Source: Octopus sinensis
Taxonomy: Eukaryota
Length of the DNA: 64,000 bases
Direction of reading: 5' to 3'
Assembly (NCBI RefSeq): GCF_006345805.1
Contig: NC_043009.1
Span: forward strand, 43,958,001-44,022,000
The notes under the pieces were generated by a model that was not told the origin of the DNA, did no database searches, and worked only from the letters and a program-made list of their open reading frames with translations. Of this stretch, positions 38,203-51,830 are shown piece by piece. Both the position numbers and the translations under genes were made by a program. Every line of letters begins with the position of its first letter. Position 1 is the first letter of the stretch.

Positions 38203-38214
38203 ATGGCCGAGAAG
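38203..38214 (+). CDS. Candidate first coding exon (MAEK) of an unidentified plus-strand gene
   Basis: ggaATGG context and strong donor AAG|gtaaca. Confidence 0.25.
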
Positions 38215-38559
38215 GTAACATTTGGAACGTTTTTGAGTATGTTTCTAATCAATCAGATAGTTTTTGAAGAGTCAACAGTTGGACCCTACATAATCATTTG
38301 ATTTGTTAGAAACAACAACCAAAACTCCGTCAATTTACAGCTCAACGCCGTAATAGATAAATAAAAAATGTTATACTAGACAGCATAGTCTCTGATATTC
38401 AGCAAAACATGATGGTCACAGATGGAAATTCTTTGAAAACGCATCTTCGTTAATCAGACCAGACCTGTGGCTAAACAGCAACGATAGTATCAATCTTTTT
38501 ATTTCATTGTAGCTTTGTTCCAGTATGACAAAAATAAGAGTGGTATTGGAGTCAGTTCT

Positions 38560-38682
38560 ATAGTGGTGATGGAGATAATAGTAGTGATACTGGAGGTAGA
38601 ATTAATGGTAGTTGTAATGTCGGAAAAGATGTTAGTAGGTTAAAGGTATCAAGCGGATAGTGGTAGAAAGGGAGTAGTAGAA

Positions 38683-38738
<56 letters not shown>

Positions 38739-39365
38739 CGCAGCAGCAGCAGTAACAGCATCAGCAGTAGTAGTAGTAGTCGTGATATTTGTAGTAGTAA
38801 GCGTGAAGGCGCGTGGCCAAGTGGTTACAGTGTTGCCCTCACGATCGCGAGGACGTGGTTTCAATTCTCAAACCGGATGATGCGTTGTGTTCTTGAGCAT
38901 AAACACTTCATCTCACCTTGTTCTGCGATCGTTTAGACACCTGACGCATAGAATACCGCGCATCTGTTGAGACAACGTCGATTTGGTGGTGGGGTGGTGA
39001 TGGTGGTGGTGGGAAAGTGAGTTAATGAACGGCGCGAACATTTGATCACCTCAAACAAATCATCTGTGCAAGAAATTGCAGAACAGTCTTTCGCGGAATC
39101 GAGAGACTAACATTTGTAGTAATAGTAGTAGTAGTAGTGTCATTGTCGTTGCTGGTATTTGTACGAGCAGTAGTAATAGTTGTGGTGGAGGTAGTGGTAG
39201 CAGTAGTAATATAGTAGTAGTAGTAGTAGTGTCATTGTCGTTGCTGGTATTTGTAGTAGTAGTAGTAGTAGTAATAGTAGTAGTGGTGGTGATGGTGGTT
39301 GTAGTAGTAGTAGTATAGTAGTAGTAGTAGTAGTAGAGTCATTGTCGTTGCTGGTATTTGTACTT

Positions 39366-39433
<68 letters not shown>

Positions 39434-39956
39434 GGTGGTGGTGGTTGTGATGGTGTTTGTAGTAGTAGTAGTAGTAGTAGTAGTAAGAGTAGTAATAGCA
39501 ACAACAACAGTAGTATTAGTATTATCATTAGTAGTAGCGTTGCTGTGGATGTTAGAGGTGATAATCGTGGTGGTGGTGACGGTGGTGCTGATGGAGGTAG
39601 TGATGGTGTTAATGGTCGCTGCGGTTGTGGTGGTAGTGGTGGTGGTGGTAATAGAAGTAACGGTGATGGTGTTAGTGGTATTCGTGGTGGTGGTAGTGGC
39701 GCTAGTTGTGTTAATAATGGCGTGGTGTTAAAGGTGATGGTTGTAATAGTATTGTTAGTAGCTGTTGTGGTTGTAGTAGTGTCAATGACGATGCAGTAGC
39801 GGTAGTAGTACTGCTGTTGATGTTAGTAGCGACATCTGTGGCGATGTTGGCGGTTTTGGTTGCATATGGGATGGGCGCGGGTAGAAGTGTTAGTAATAGT
39901 GGTGGTAGTGGAGGCAGTTGTAGTGTTTATGTTGGTTATTGCTGATAGTAATGTTG

Positions 39957-40008
<52 letters not shown>

Positions 40009-40400
40009 AGTAGTAACAGTGGTGGTGGTAGCTGTATTAGGTGTGTTGTGATGATGCTAGTTGCAGTAGTAGTTGTAGTAGAAGCAGTGGTTGTGGTAGT
40101 GTTGGTACTTGTAGGGATTGTTCTGGTGACGATAATTATGATGATAGTAGTAGTAGTAGTAGTAGTAGTATAGTAGTAGTAGTAGTAGTAGTAATAGTAG
40201 TAGTAGTAGTAGCGGCAGCAGTAGTAGTAGTGGCGGTGGTGGTGTTGGTTGTGATTTTTATTTGTTTGTACCGAAGTCAAGACAAAAATCCGCACTAAGA
40301 TAGACTACACAAAAGCTAACAACACCAACAACAACGCCACCTACAACGCCACCAACGACGACGACGATGACAACAACAATAACAACAACACAACAAGAAC
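38560..40400. repeat. (TAG/TGG/TGA/CAG)n mosaic low-complexity tract
   Basis: Direct reading; includes three copies of the module GTCATTGTCGTTGCTGGTATTTGTA. Confidence 0.9.
38806..38945 (+). mobile_element. tRNA-derived SINE, family C
   Basis: GGCGCGTGGCCAAGTGGTTA (A box), GGTTTCAATTCTC (B-box-like), then TGTGTTCTTGAGCA; homolog on minus at ~62990-63140. Confidence 0.65.
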
Positions 40401-40528
40401 CACACAAAAAAGGAAAAAAAAAAAACGGGGCGTTTCGGTTGTTCCAATTCTGTTTGCAGGTTGAGGGGGTTCACGAAGTACCATTTTCTCTCCCTGATTC
40501 TTCAATACCGTTTCACTGATCCTATTAA

Positions 40529-40579
<51 letters not shown>

Positions 40580-40664
40580 TATATATATATATATATATAT
40601 ACATGTGTTTATTCATGTATATACATATATATATATATAATATATATATATATATATTATTATA

Positions 40665-40700
<36 letters not shown>

Positions 40701-40721
40701 ATATATATATATATATTATAT

Positions 40722-40765
<44 letters not shown>

Positions 40766-40801
40766 TACATATATATATATAATATACATATATACATGTA
40801 T

Positions 40802-40832
<31 letters not shown>

Positions 40833-40978
40833 CATACATATACACACTCACACCCAGTGATATAACATCTACTGTTCTTTTCAATTGTATTTCTTTCTTT
40901 CTTTCTTTCTCGTCCTCGTAGTCGTCGTCGTCCTCCCCCTCCTCCTTTTTCATCATCATCATCGTCATCGTCATCATT

Positions 40979-41020
<42 letters not shown>

Positions 41021-41818
41021 TCCTCCTACTGCTCCGGTTCCTCCCACTTTATATTTGTCCCTTCTGTATTTTCTCGTTTAACAAGGTTAAAATCCGTCAA
41101 ACTTCGCGGTCTCCATTGATATTACATTGTCGATTATTGTGCTTCTTCTCTATCTATGTATGTATGTATAAGTATGTATATGTGCGTCTATGTTTGTTTA
41201 TTCGCATGTGTGTGTGTGCGGGTTTGTGTGTGTGTCAACGTTTCTCTCTGTGTTTGTACGTGTGCACTTGTTATATGTTTGTGTGTGTGTGAGTGTATCA
41301 GTAGTTATGGGAGTGTGACAAAGGTGCAGGGCTATGTGTGTGTTTGTGTCTGAGAAAATAGTGAAGGAACGTGTTTATACATGTGTGTATGTGTGTGTGT
41401 GTGTCAGTGTGTGCATTCGTGTGCATGTGTAGAAGTTATCGTGCTTATATACTCCGATGTATAGTATATACTCGACACTGTTCTCTTTCTCTCTATTTTT
41501 ACACACAGATATATACACTCACATGTATGTATGTATGTATGTATGTATGTATGTATGTATGTATGTATGTATGTATGTATGTATGTATGTATGTATGTAT
41601 GTATGTGCGTACGTACGTACGTGTGTGTGTATGTGTGTATAGTCCATCTCGATTGTAGTAGGGAGGGACCTTGTCTCCATTGTCAGTAGTTAGAAAAGTG
41701 CCTTCATGTGGCTAAGAGTTGTTTTGACTCTAATTTCTAGCAATGCCGGTGCTCACTAACACCCTCCGTCACTTTAGTGACGACTTTCGGTTGTAGATTG
41801 CGAATAACCACCTTAATT

Positions 41819-41889
<71 letters not shown>

Positions 41890-42034
41890 CGTGTTATAAT
41901 ACTATTCCACATATACAAAAACATATACCAACAAATCGTCATCATCAGCTGTCTCACGGATATCATTATGGTTTCGACACCTGAGCAGTATCATTCAATC
42001 CGGCGGTGTCAACAGCGCTAAAATAAGTATTGTT

Positions 42035-43310
42035 TGTGTGCGGTGAATAAACTGTCGTCTAATTTACGCAAAAATGAAAATAACACTGACATCTCATTCA
42101 AACAAATATATTTACCAAAACTAGATAAAAATATCTTGAAATACTAAAGAGTAAATTTATTCCATAAAATCGCCATCGGCTTCAACCACGCTCTCCCGAT
42201 GTCTTCTGAATTTCCTGGAGCTCTTGTGGACGGTTTCCTTGTTCAAGTTGCTGAATGCTGCCATAATCCTTGGTGAATGCTTCCATAATACTTGCCTTCA
42301 GTTCATCTTTAGTGTTACAAGTTTTGTTGGTCTTTCGCTCAACTGCACCCAACATATAATAATCAAGGGGGTGGGGGTTGCAGTGTGGGGAGTTATGTGG
42401 CCAGATGTTAGGGGTCATGTGCTCGCAGAAATTGTCTGACAGTCGTGACTTGGTTCTCCTGCTTGTGTAGCATGGTACAGTCTTTCAGCACCAACCCTCT
42501 TGACCCAGGACAGCACTACCTCCCCCAGGTACTTGATGTAGACCTCCGTGTTGAGTCTGAGGCTGTGAGGGAAAATGAATGGAGGTATAATGTCGCCATC
42601 ACTAGTGATCACTCCAAACACCATGATGTTGACTGGATGTTTGATTTTTATCATTCTCGATACACGTTTTGGGGACACAGTAAGTAAATGTTTATTCTGA
42701 GTTTTCATCATCTGATCCTGGTAGAATTTTTTCTCGTCCGAGAAAAACCAAAGTACGTTCGGTTGGAGGGGATGCTTGAGTTTGTGCAAAACCTTGTAGC
42801 GTGGTCTCCCCTCTTGTCTTTGATGGCTTGGGATAAACATTGGCCCTTTCTCATCCTGTATGAGGAATACCGAATGTCTTCATGCACTACCTGCCTGATA
42901 AGGAATCCAGACACTCCCATGTCTCAGGCGATGAACCTGATTGACTTGGGGGGATCGTTGTCAAACATGGCCTGGATCTCACCAATAAATTCAGGAGTCC
43001 TGTTCTTATCAGAATGATCAGAGTGAGTTAGAATCTTTCAACTCTTTCCGAATCCCCTGCACTATCTTCAGATTGACACGGAAACACTCTGAAATGTTCG
43101 TATTGGATCTTCCAGTATGAATGGCAAGCAGTACAGCATGTCGTTTCCAAATTTCTGGCATAGTGAATTGCGCCATGGTACTGTTTTTCTCACACACAGT
43201 ACCCAACTTATCCTACTATACTGTGTAGTTGACAAACTCAGAAACAAAAAATGCGCATGCACAAAATAAAAAAAATAAAAAAGGGCGACAATTTACCCAT
43301 CGCACCCTGT
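42035..43310 (-). mobile_element. Tc1/mariner element of maT/DD37D type, decayed
   Basis: Degenerate TIRs (GTGCGGTGAATAAACTGTCG / CGACAATTTACCCATCGCAC); FFSDEKKF, IMVFGVITSDG, IWPHNSPHCNP..LDYYMLG. Confidence 0.85.
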
Positions 43311-43682
43311 TTTTAGGTATTCTTTTATTCATTTATTCGTTTCAGCCTTGCAGCTGCGGTCATGCTGGAGCACCACCGTGGTTTCGCTGATTTCCTCACG
43401 CTGTGGGGTTTCACATCACCACTCCTGTATGTGCCCTTGTCCCAGCAGTTGGTCCATTTGGTGTATGAAGGAGTTTGATTCCACTGCCCTCGTCTGTACC
43501 TCATGCCGGTATTGTGGAGAGGATGACGTCTAGTTCCGTTTTGAAGACATCTACGTCCACATTATGTAGATTTCTTAATTTTTGCGGAAGTGCATTGAAG
43601 AGCTTTGGGCCTTTGAAACCTAGGCTATTGCAGTACCTGGTCCTGAATATACATATATATATATATAATATATATATATATT

Positions 43683-43770
<88 letters not shown>

Positions 43771-43979
43771 GTGAAATAGAAAGATGAATAATCTTGTAGT
43801 AGATTAATCAAAAGTTTAACCGATACCTTAGTAGCAAAAATCACAGCAGTAAACAGCACGGTTGGAGGTACAACCATATGGTGTTGCAACCGTGCGTTGG
43901 TGCGGATAATTGAAATTAAAACATTATTGGTGAATTGAAGAAATGGAGCTGAACGCAGATTGAACAGAAATCGTTTTAT

Positions 43980-44064
43980 TTCATTCTACACGTGTTTCGA
44001 AAGGCACAAATTACCAAAATCCGATTGAATAATGGACCATATTGTGTCTTCTCTTCAGGAAGAA
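43980..44064 (-). ncRNA. Type I hammerhead ribozyme motif, core intact
   Basis: Minus TTCTTC-CTGAAGA-G-AAGACACAA...TTGTGCCTTT-C-GAAA-CACGTG-TA-GAATGAA. Confidence 0.7.
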
Positions 44065-45310
44065 AATAGGAAATCCGTTGGAAAAACAAAAACAGAACAG
44101 AGGCGGAGCAAAAACAAATCGAACTATGCTCCTAAGAGCCCATGGCGAAACTGTTTATCAGTGTATGTTGAGAACCGGTGGCTGAAGAATTTAACGGGTC
44201 AGGCATCGGTCAATCATGTGGGTGAGGGTGTGTGGGTGTTCTTTGTGACCGGGAATAAAGTTCTGACTATTTAAGGAATATTGGATGTTTTATAAGGGGC
44301 GAGAAAAAATCTACTTAGAGACGTGTGTGTGTGTATACTGTTCTATATATGTGTGTGTTGGCGTAGGGGTAGAAAACATTTTTTGTGTACGTGTGTGCGT
44401 TTGATCGTTCGGCTGTCAGTGGCTACTGCCGCGAGAACCGTTGGGTGGCAGAAAAAAAAATATATATTATGTTTTATGTGTGTGTGTGTTCATCTAAGCC
44501 TGCCTTGTCAAGGAAACCCCCCGCTGTGAAAAAACCAAGCCCCGTTTGTCTAACAGGAGTAATTCCCCTTGCAGTGGTTAATCGTAGATATCTTAAAGGC
44601 TATTTCAGAATTTGTTACCAAGGGCTATGGGTGCCGGTATTATTTATAAACGCTATTTAAAAGCCAGATAAGTGTAACGCCGCCAATGGGGGCATCGAAA
44701 AGCCGACTGTAAAAGCCCGTTTACCATCCGGCCTCTGGCAAACAAAATATGGAAGAGTTCGGAGACTGAAATAGCCTTTAAGATATCTACGATTAACCAC
44801 TGCAAGGGGAATTACTCCTGTTAGACAAACGGGGCTTGGTTTTTTCACAGCGGGGGGTTTCCTTGACAAGGCAGGCTTAGATGAACACACATACACATAA
44901 AACATAATATATATTTTTTTTTTCTGCCACCCAACGGTTCTCGCGGCAGTAGCCACTGACAGCCGAACGATCAAACGCACACACGTACACAAAAAATGTT
45001 TTCTACCCCTACGCCAACACACACATATATAGAACAGTATACACACACACACGTCTCTAAGTAGATTTTTTCTCGCCCCTTATAAAACATCCAATATTCC
45101 TTAAATAGTCAGAACTTTATTCTCGGTCACAAAGAACACCCACACACCCTCACCCACATGATTGACCGATGCCTGACCCGTTAAATTCTTCAGCCACCGG
45201 TTCTCAACATACACTGATAAACAGTTTCGCCATGGGCTCTTAGGAGCATAGTTCGATTTGTTTTTGCTCCGCCTCTGTTCTGTTTTTGTTTTTCCAACGG
45301 ATTTCCTATT

Positions 45311-45397
45311 TTCTTCCTGAAGAGAAAGACACAATATGGTCCCATTATTCAATCGGATTTTGGTAATTTGTGCCTTTCGAAACACGTGTAGAATGAA
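45311..45397 (+). ncRNA. Type I hammerhead ribozyme motif, core intact
   Basis: CTGAAGA 45317-45323, stem II AAAGACACAA/TTGTGCCTTT, GAAA 45379-45382, CACGTG, GUA site with predicted cut after 45390. Confidence 0.75.
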
Positions 45398-45447
45398 ATA
45401 AAACGATTTCTGTTCAATCTGCGTTCAGCTCCATTTCTTCAATTCAC

Positions 45448-45526
<79 letters not shown>

Positions 45527-45589
45527 GACCAGGTACTGCAATAGCCTAGGTTTCAAAGGCCCAAAGCTCTTCAATGCACTTCCGCAAAA

Positions 45590-45632
<43 letters not shown>

Positions 45633-48322
45633 TACACACACACACACACACACACACATAAATATAAATACATGTGGTATGTAAATAGGAAAGTGGATGG
45701 TACCTTTGGTACAATACAATAGCGTCCAGTTGTGGCATTTGTACAACATTCAATGCAGAAATTAGGCACCAGCCCATCTAGATTTTTCCATATGTAGATT
45801 ATTACATATTTGTCGCACCTCCCCTCCGGGGTATAAAGTCGCAGTTTTTGCAGCCTCACCCTGTAGCTCATCCGCTGAACTGTTTCATTTTGTTTAGTGT
45901 AGTGACGTTGGACTGCTTCAAGTTCCACTGTTAGTTTGGCACTGTGGGGTGACTATATCTGAGAGCAGTAGTCTAGGCGGCTGAGAACAAAAGTCCTTCA
46001 CAGTGTCATTATAACTTCTTGGCCTCTTGTTGTGAAGGACTTTAGTATCTATCCTACCAGTTGTCTGCAATTTGCTGTCATCTTGGTAAAGTGCATATGA
46101 AACGATGCATCATTACACATACTAATCCCCAAGTCTTTCACTGCATGTGACTCTGGAATTGCAGTACCTTCTGGTCCTGTATATGCATGCTGCGGTGCAT
46201 TCTTGATCTGATAGTGCAGTGCTTGAAATTTTTCTAGCATTAAACTGCATATTGTTTACTTCAGCCTTGTATATTACATTCAGGTCCAGTTATATGTAAG
46301 CTTGCAACGTCAACTGGATTTTTTATTGCCTGTGATAATTTTGTATCATCAGCATAGCTTGTAACAGTGGCTATGGGCATATCTAAGAGGGCTGTTGTAA
46401 ACAGTAATGGTCCCAAGATTGTTCTCTGGCGGGTACCACTTAGAATTTAGTCTCCTCATAAAGGGCACCATTGATTTTTGTTTTTAAGAAAATCATGCAG
46501 CCACTCTCCCAGTTTACCAGCAATGCCAAGATCTTGCAGCTTATGACTTATCATGCCATGACCTACCTTATCAAATGCCTTGCAAAGTCAAGATATATCA
46601 CACTAACATCTGAATGGTCAAGCAGCTGTTTCAAAACTCATAGTGCTGTAAGAGCTGTATGAGGCAGCTTCTTCATGGACGAAAGCCATGATCTGTATTG
46701 TATTGTATTGTCCAGTAGGTAATTTTCTTCTAGGAACATTATCAGTCTCTTTCTAAAGTCTGCTTACATGACTTCAGGAGAATAACTGGGAAGCCATCGG
46801 GGCTAGTTGCTGAGCTTGAGCTCATTTCATCTGTGGCTGCTGTTACATCTGTCTCCTCAATGTTGATATAAACAATAGTTGCTGCCTTCTTTTGTAGAGC
46901 TGCAATATTAAAGAATTCAGTCGGTTTTTTTATATGCATGTGTCCCAGAGGGGAGGTGAAGACACTTAAATTGTTTACTTATCCTCTCTGGGTTCGCGGT
47001 CAGTGAGTCATTCCCTTGGAACAATGGTCTTATTTTATATTCTATTGTGGCTGTTTCTTTTGCATATTTATAGAAATGGTTTATTTTTATGCTTTCCACG
47101 ACTCTCTTCTCTCTCTCTCTCCCTCTCCCCCTCTCCCCCTCTCTCTCTCTATCCCTGCTCTGACTTTCCTTTTCATGAGAGAGTTTGATCTTGTTTTCGA
47201 TTTCTAGGAGTGTCCGTATTAAAATAGACTTCTCCCTATCCTTCAGTCACCTATTCAACCGGTTTGAAACCTTAGATCTGCGTCTCATAAGGATTTTCTG
47301 TCCCTGGGAATCTTGTTTGTCGGTATGTTTGCCTTTCCTTCTGAGGTATATTTAATGTATTTAGTGAAGTATATTTAATGCACTCTTGACGTAAGCTGAC
47401 TGAGTTCCAAGCCAATGTTTTGCATACATAGAATATTAGACCAGTTTCGTTTGTGGATCTCTTTGCGGATTGATTCCCATATTGCTTTACTGAAATTCAG
47501 GTCGGATATGGCTTGAATCCCCCTGTGGGGTAGATACCAATAGTTCGCTTAGGACCATACATAATTCAACGATGTTGTGGTCTGAGAGTGCTGTTGGTGT
47601 CATCCTCACATTATGGATAAGGTCCAAGATCTTGTTTTCCCCTGGTTGGCTTGAGTATCACTTGTTCCATGAACAGCATATTAGAAAGTTTAAGTAACGA
47701 CTCTACATGCCTTTGTTCATGCAGTGACATCACAGAGAGGATATGGCCTTCTGTTCCCCCAGGAGGAGTATGTAGATGTGCTGATCTAGCTTTGTCAATA
47801 CCTCTTCTATATGTCTAAGGTTATCCTCAAGTTTTCCATCATGTTTCGTGGTATTTGGCGAAATGTTGTGCGCTATTTCGAATGAGGTGACATAACAGTT
47901 AAGCAATGCTTAGAAGTTCATGTAAATGTATCTATTTATAAATTACCATCAGGCATTGAACATAATTTGTCCACCGATTTTCTTTTGATAGATTTACCGG
48001 TACTTATTGGACAATAGAATAAAACAAGAGATTTAGTCGTTTTATCAAATCATCATAGATTACATAATCTTTTACGATGTTATATTTAAAAACATAAGCT
48101 AAACTCTGCTTTTGTACGAGTGTGTGTGTGCATAATCACACACACATACGCACAAACACAGAGTGAAGATCGACGTGAAGCATGAAAACAACGGAACCAG
48201 TCAAATTAAATATGGAATGCCCCTCATCAGCTATAGAGACCAGTATCCGGGTAGTTTCGACATACTTGCGTTTATTTACACACACACACACTCACACACA
48301 AATATTCGAGAGTGTGTATACG

Positions 48323-48361
<39 letters not shown>

Positions 48362-48810
48362 ACACACGAGTATATACATACACTCAAGTACGTACACACA
48401 GACACACCACCGAACAAATACTTTTACACGTATCGCATTATGTATGTGTGTTATACAGGTCTATACATAAACGAGAACCAAGTTGCACACCCTTATACAA
48501 ACACACACACACACACACACGCATGCACGCACACACACACGAACTACTCCCATACCCCATACCCTCGGACGTATTTAACAAAGACCAATATTGACTGACT
48601 ACTCACAATTCAGTACAGTTTAACACTTTAAAATGGACACACCTAATTCTCTCTCTCTTTCTCCCACACCGTATTATTTGAGTTTTATTATTCTAACCAT
48701 TCGCCTCATCATTAGAAAACTTCACCGGTTATTTTCATTGTACAACTCTCTCTTCCTCGCTCTTCCTCTCTGTGTCTCTCTGACTCTCTCTCATTCTCTT
48801 ATCCCTCCTC

Positions 48811-48846
<36 letters not shown>

Positions 48847-49065
48847 CATACATACATACATACATACATACATACATACATACATACATACATACATACA
48901 TACATACATGTAGATGTCCGCACATACAAATATGTGTGTGTGCAAACATGTATGTACACTTATATACACAAATGCATGTTTTGAGTTGTTCAATTCTTAA
49001 ATTATATTTTTCTTTGTCGTATACTATTATTTTGATTGTTGTTCATTTTTTGAGAGCAACTGATT

Positions 49066-49144
<79 letters not shown>

Positions 49145-49220
49145 ATATATATAATATATATATATATATACTCATATATGTATAAATATACATATATGAG
49201 TATATATGTATGTATATGTG

Positions 49221-49339
<119 letters not shown>

Positions 49340-49485
49340 GACACACACACACATTGGAGACACTTACCGGGTAACACCAAGAAACGGAACTTTCATAGAC
49401 GTGTATATATATATATATATATATACATACACATACATACATATACATACATACACTCACTCATATACTTATGCACTCCCACACT

Positions 49486-49519
<34 letters not shown>

Positions 49520-49933
49520 TTTGTACATATATGTGTGTATATATTTATGATAAAGAAAAAAGTCGTCAACCGACCGAATTTTCAGCAAACTTACCTAACA
49601 ATTGTTATTAAGGCGATACGATGTTATTTTAACGTGTCCGTCTTAGCTGGTCGAGTCTGATTAATGGCTGTTAAATCAACACCACAATACATTTCTCCAT
49701 ATATGTCTCAGTTTACCTGCTTGCCAAGATCTCGCCCAGTTTCCTGTTTATTCCTTATTATTTCGTAACAAAAGTTTTTCAGCGAAGTCTCTTTTCTTCT
49801 TCGTATTCTGCTGACTCTCTCCTTCTCTCCATTTTCCTTCCTACGTTTCTCCCTCCTCTGTTTTTTTTTTCTTTCTGTTTTATTTCTAATTTTCTTTTGC
49901 TCTCACACAACTCTTTAGATATTTCTTTTGCTT

Positions 49934-49934
<1 letters not shown>

Positions 49935-50019
<85 letters not shown>

Positions 50020-50026
50020 GTCTATA

Positions 50027-50120
<94 letters not shown>

Positions 50121-50248
50121 CCTATCTCTATCTAAAGACCTACATACGTACGTACGTACGTACGTACGTACCTACCTACCTACCTATCTATCTATCTACC
50201 TGTCTGTCTGCCTTTCTCTCTCTCTCTCTCTATCTATCTATCTACCAG

Positions 50249-50339
<91 letters not shown>

Positions 50340-50385
50340 TTATCTACTTATCTATTTATCTATCTATCTATCTATCTATCTATCC
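49935..50385. repeat. (TCTA)n compound microsatellite
   Basis: Direct reading. Confidence 0.95.
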
Positions 50386-50387
50386 AT

Positions 50388-51367
50388 CTACTTGGGTTCA
50401 TGTCAGGAGATTAGCTCGGCCAAGGAAGCTTTTTGATCCCATTTTCAGTCAGCCATTGTTGATTCCTTTTCGCTGTGTTGCATGGAGCACCATCTTCCAT
50501 GAATAAAAACTCACTTTTTGTTATGCTATCGTGTGAATACATCGGATGTAGTCCTTCCTTAAGTATTTCGATGTATTTTTCAGAGTTTATGGTTCCAAAA
50601 CATTCGATCAGCTCAGAACGGCCATTGCTGGCGACATCTCCCCATACCATTACAGAAATACAACCGTGTTTCACAGTTGGCTGGAGTCGTTTCAATCAAA
50701 TTCTTGATTGGGAAGCCTCCAGACCCAAACACGCCCACTGTCTGAAAATAATGCAAATCTGGATCCATCTGAGAAAATCACTCTATCCCAAAATGAACTA
50801 GATTTTTCTGACATCTCCTTAGCCCATTTCTTTCTTTTCATGATATTAATTGGTTGAATGAGAGGTTTTCTTCTAGCTGCTCGTCCATAATACTCAAGCT
50901 TATGCAGTTATGTAACACACGTTCTTGGAGTAACTTCTAGGTGTTTCGCAATGTCAGAAACCTTCGAACGGTGTTCGTTTTCCACAATTCCCTTCAAACA
51001 GCGAAGCTTCCTTTCCGAGGGCCCAGGTCGGCCGAGACGAGAATCTGTCGATTCTTTTCCTTGGCTTTTTGAATTGCACTATAATTCTATTAACAGTAGC
51101 AAGAGGAATTTGAAGATTTTCAGCAATTTTTCGTTGGCTAAGACCAGCCTCAGATTGTCCAACAATACGACCTCTTTGAAAATATGACAGTTTTGCTGAA
51201 TTTTTTGTGCGTGGTATGGTTACTTTTCGCAAATGTTTACTATAATGGCACCTGGAATAAAAAAGAATAATTACATTGTAAATTCTACACCTCTGAACAC
51301 ATATTAAGACGCTTAGATCAGAAATTTTGAAAATTAAGGGTGTCTTTTTACTTCCTGCAAGTCTGTG
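50388..51367 (-). mobile_element. Tc1-family transposon, 3'-truncated
   Basis: ELSYFQRGRIVG (HTH), [27 protein letters not shown]; one TIR (CACAGACTTGCAGGAAGTAAAAAGACACCC) next to TA. Confidence 0.9.
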
Positions 51368-51446
51368 TACATCCATCCATCCATCCATCCATCAACACGA
51401 ACACATACACACACAAACGCACGCAGGTGCGCATTCACACACATAT

Positions 51447-51830
51447 TCTTTTCTTTTATTCTTTTACTTGTAATTTGACTGCGGCCATGCTGGAGCACCG
51501 CCTTAAAGGGTTTTAGTCCAAAAAATCGACACCAGGACTTATTCTTTGTAAGCTTAGTACTTATTCTATCATTTCTCCTTTACCGAACCGCTAAGTTACG
51601 GGGACGTAAACACATCAGCATCGGTTGTCAAGCGATGGCAGAGGTACAAACACAGACATACACAAATAAATATATACATATATATACATACGACGGGCTT
51701 CGTTCAGCTTCTGTCAACCAAATCCGCTCTCAAGGCTTTGGACGGCCCGCGGCTATAGTAGAAGACACTTGTGCAAGGTGCCATGCAGTGGTACTGAACC
51801 CGGAACCATGTGACTGGGTAACAGGCACTC
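51447..51830 (-). mobile_element. SINE family B, near full length
   Basis: Colinear with 33121-33609 without the insert. Confidence 0.9.

Larger units (their letters stand above)
43923..45454 (+). mobile_element. Penelope-like 3' fragment with an inverted copy (arms 43923-44608 and 44766-45454)
   Basis: Near-identical ~690-bp inverted arms; spacer/right arm reads LANKIWKSSETEIAFKIS (GIY-YIG C-terminus-like); a hammerhead motif in each arm. Confidence 0.65.
43315..47900 (-). mobile_element. CR1/L2-like LINE (APE + RT), decayed, interrupted at ~43647-45665
   Basis: Minus pieces SDHNIVEL (endonuclease), ILGPLLF, YADDTK, ELEAVQRHYTK, IIYIWKNLDGLVPN; 3' part [11 protein letters not shown]...VFKTELD at 43480-43646; tail (GAATAAAA)n-like. 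Confidence 0.85.

Noticed and set aside
38512-38549. EF-hand-like LFQYDKNKSG after a strong acceptor
   Set aside because: Phase does not fit the MAEK exon, the motif is too short, and several donors are equally plausible.
38806-38880. tRNA gene, and similar heads elsewhere
   Set aside because: A/B boxes run into SINE bodies and no complete cloverleaf is present.
48216-48266. Possible type II hammerhead on the minus strand (GAAA ... CTGATGA)
   Set aside because: Stems I and III do not pair convincingly.
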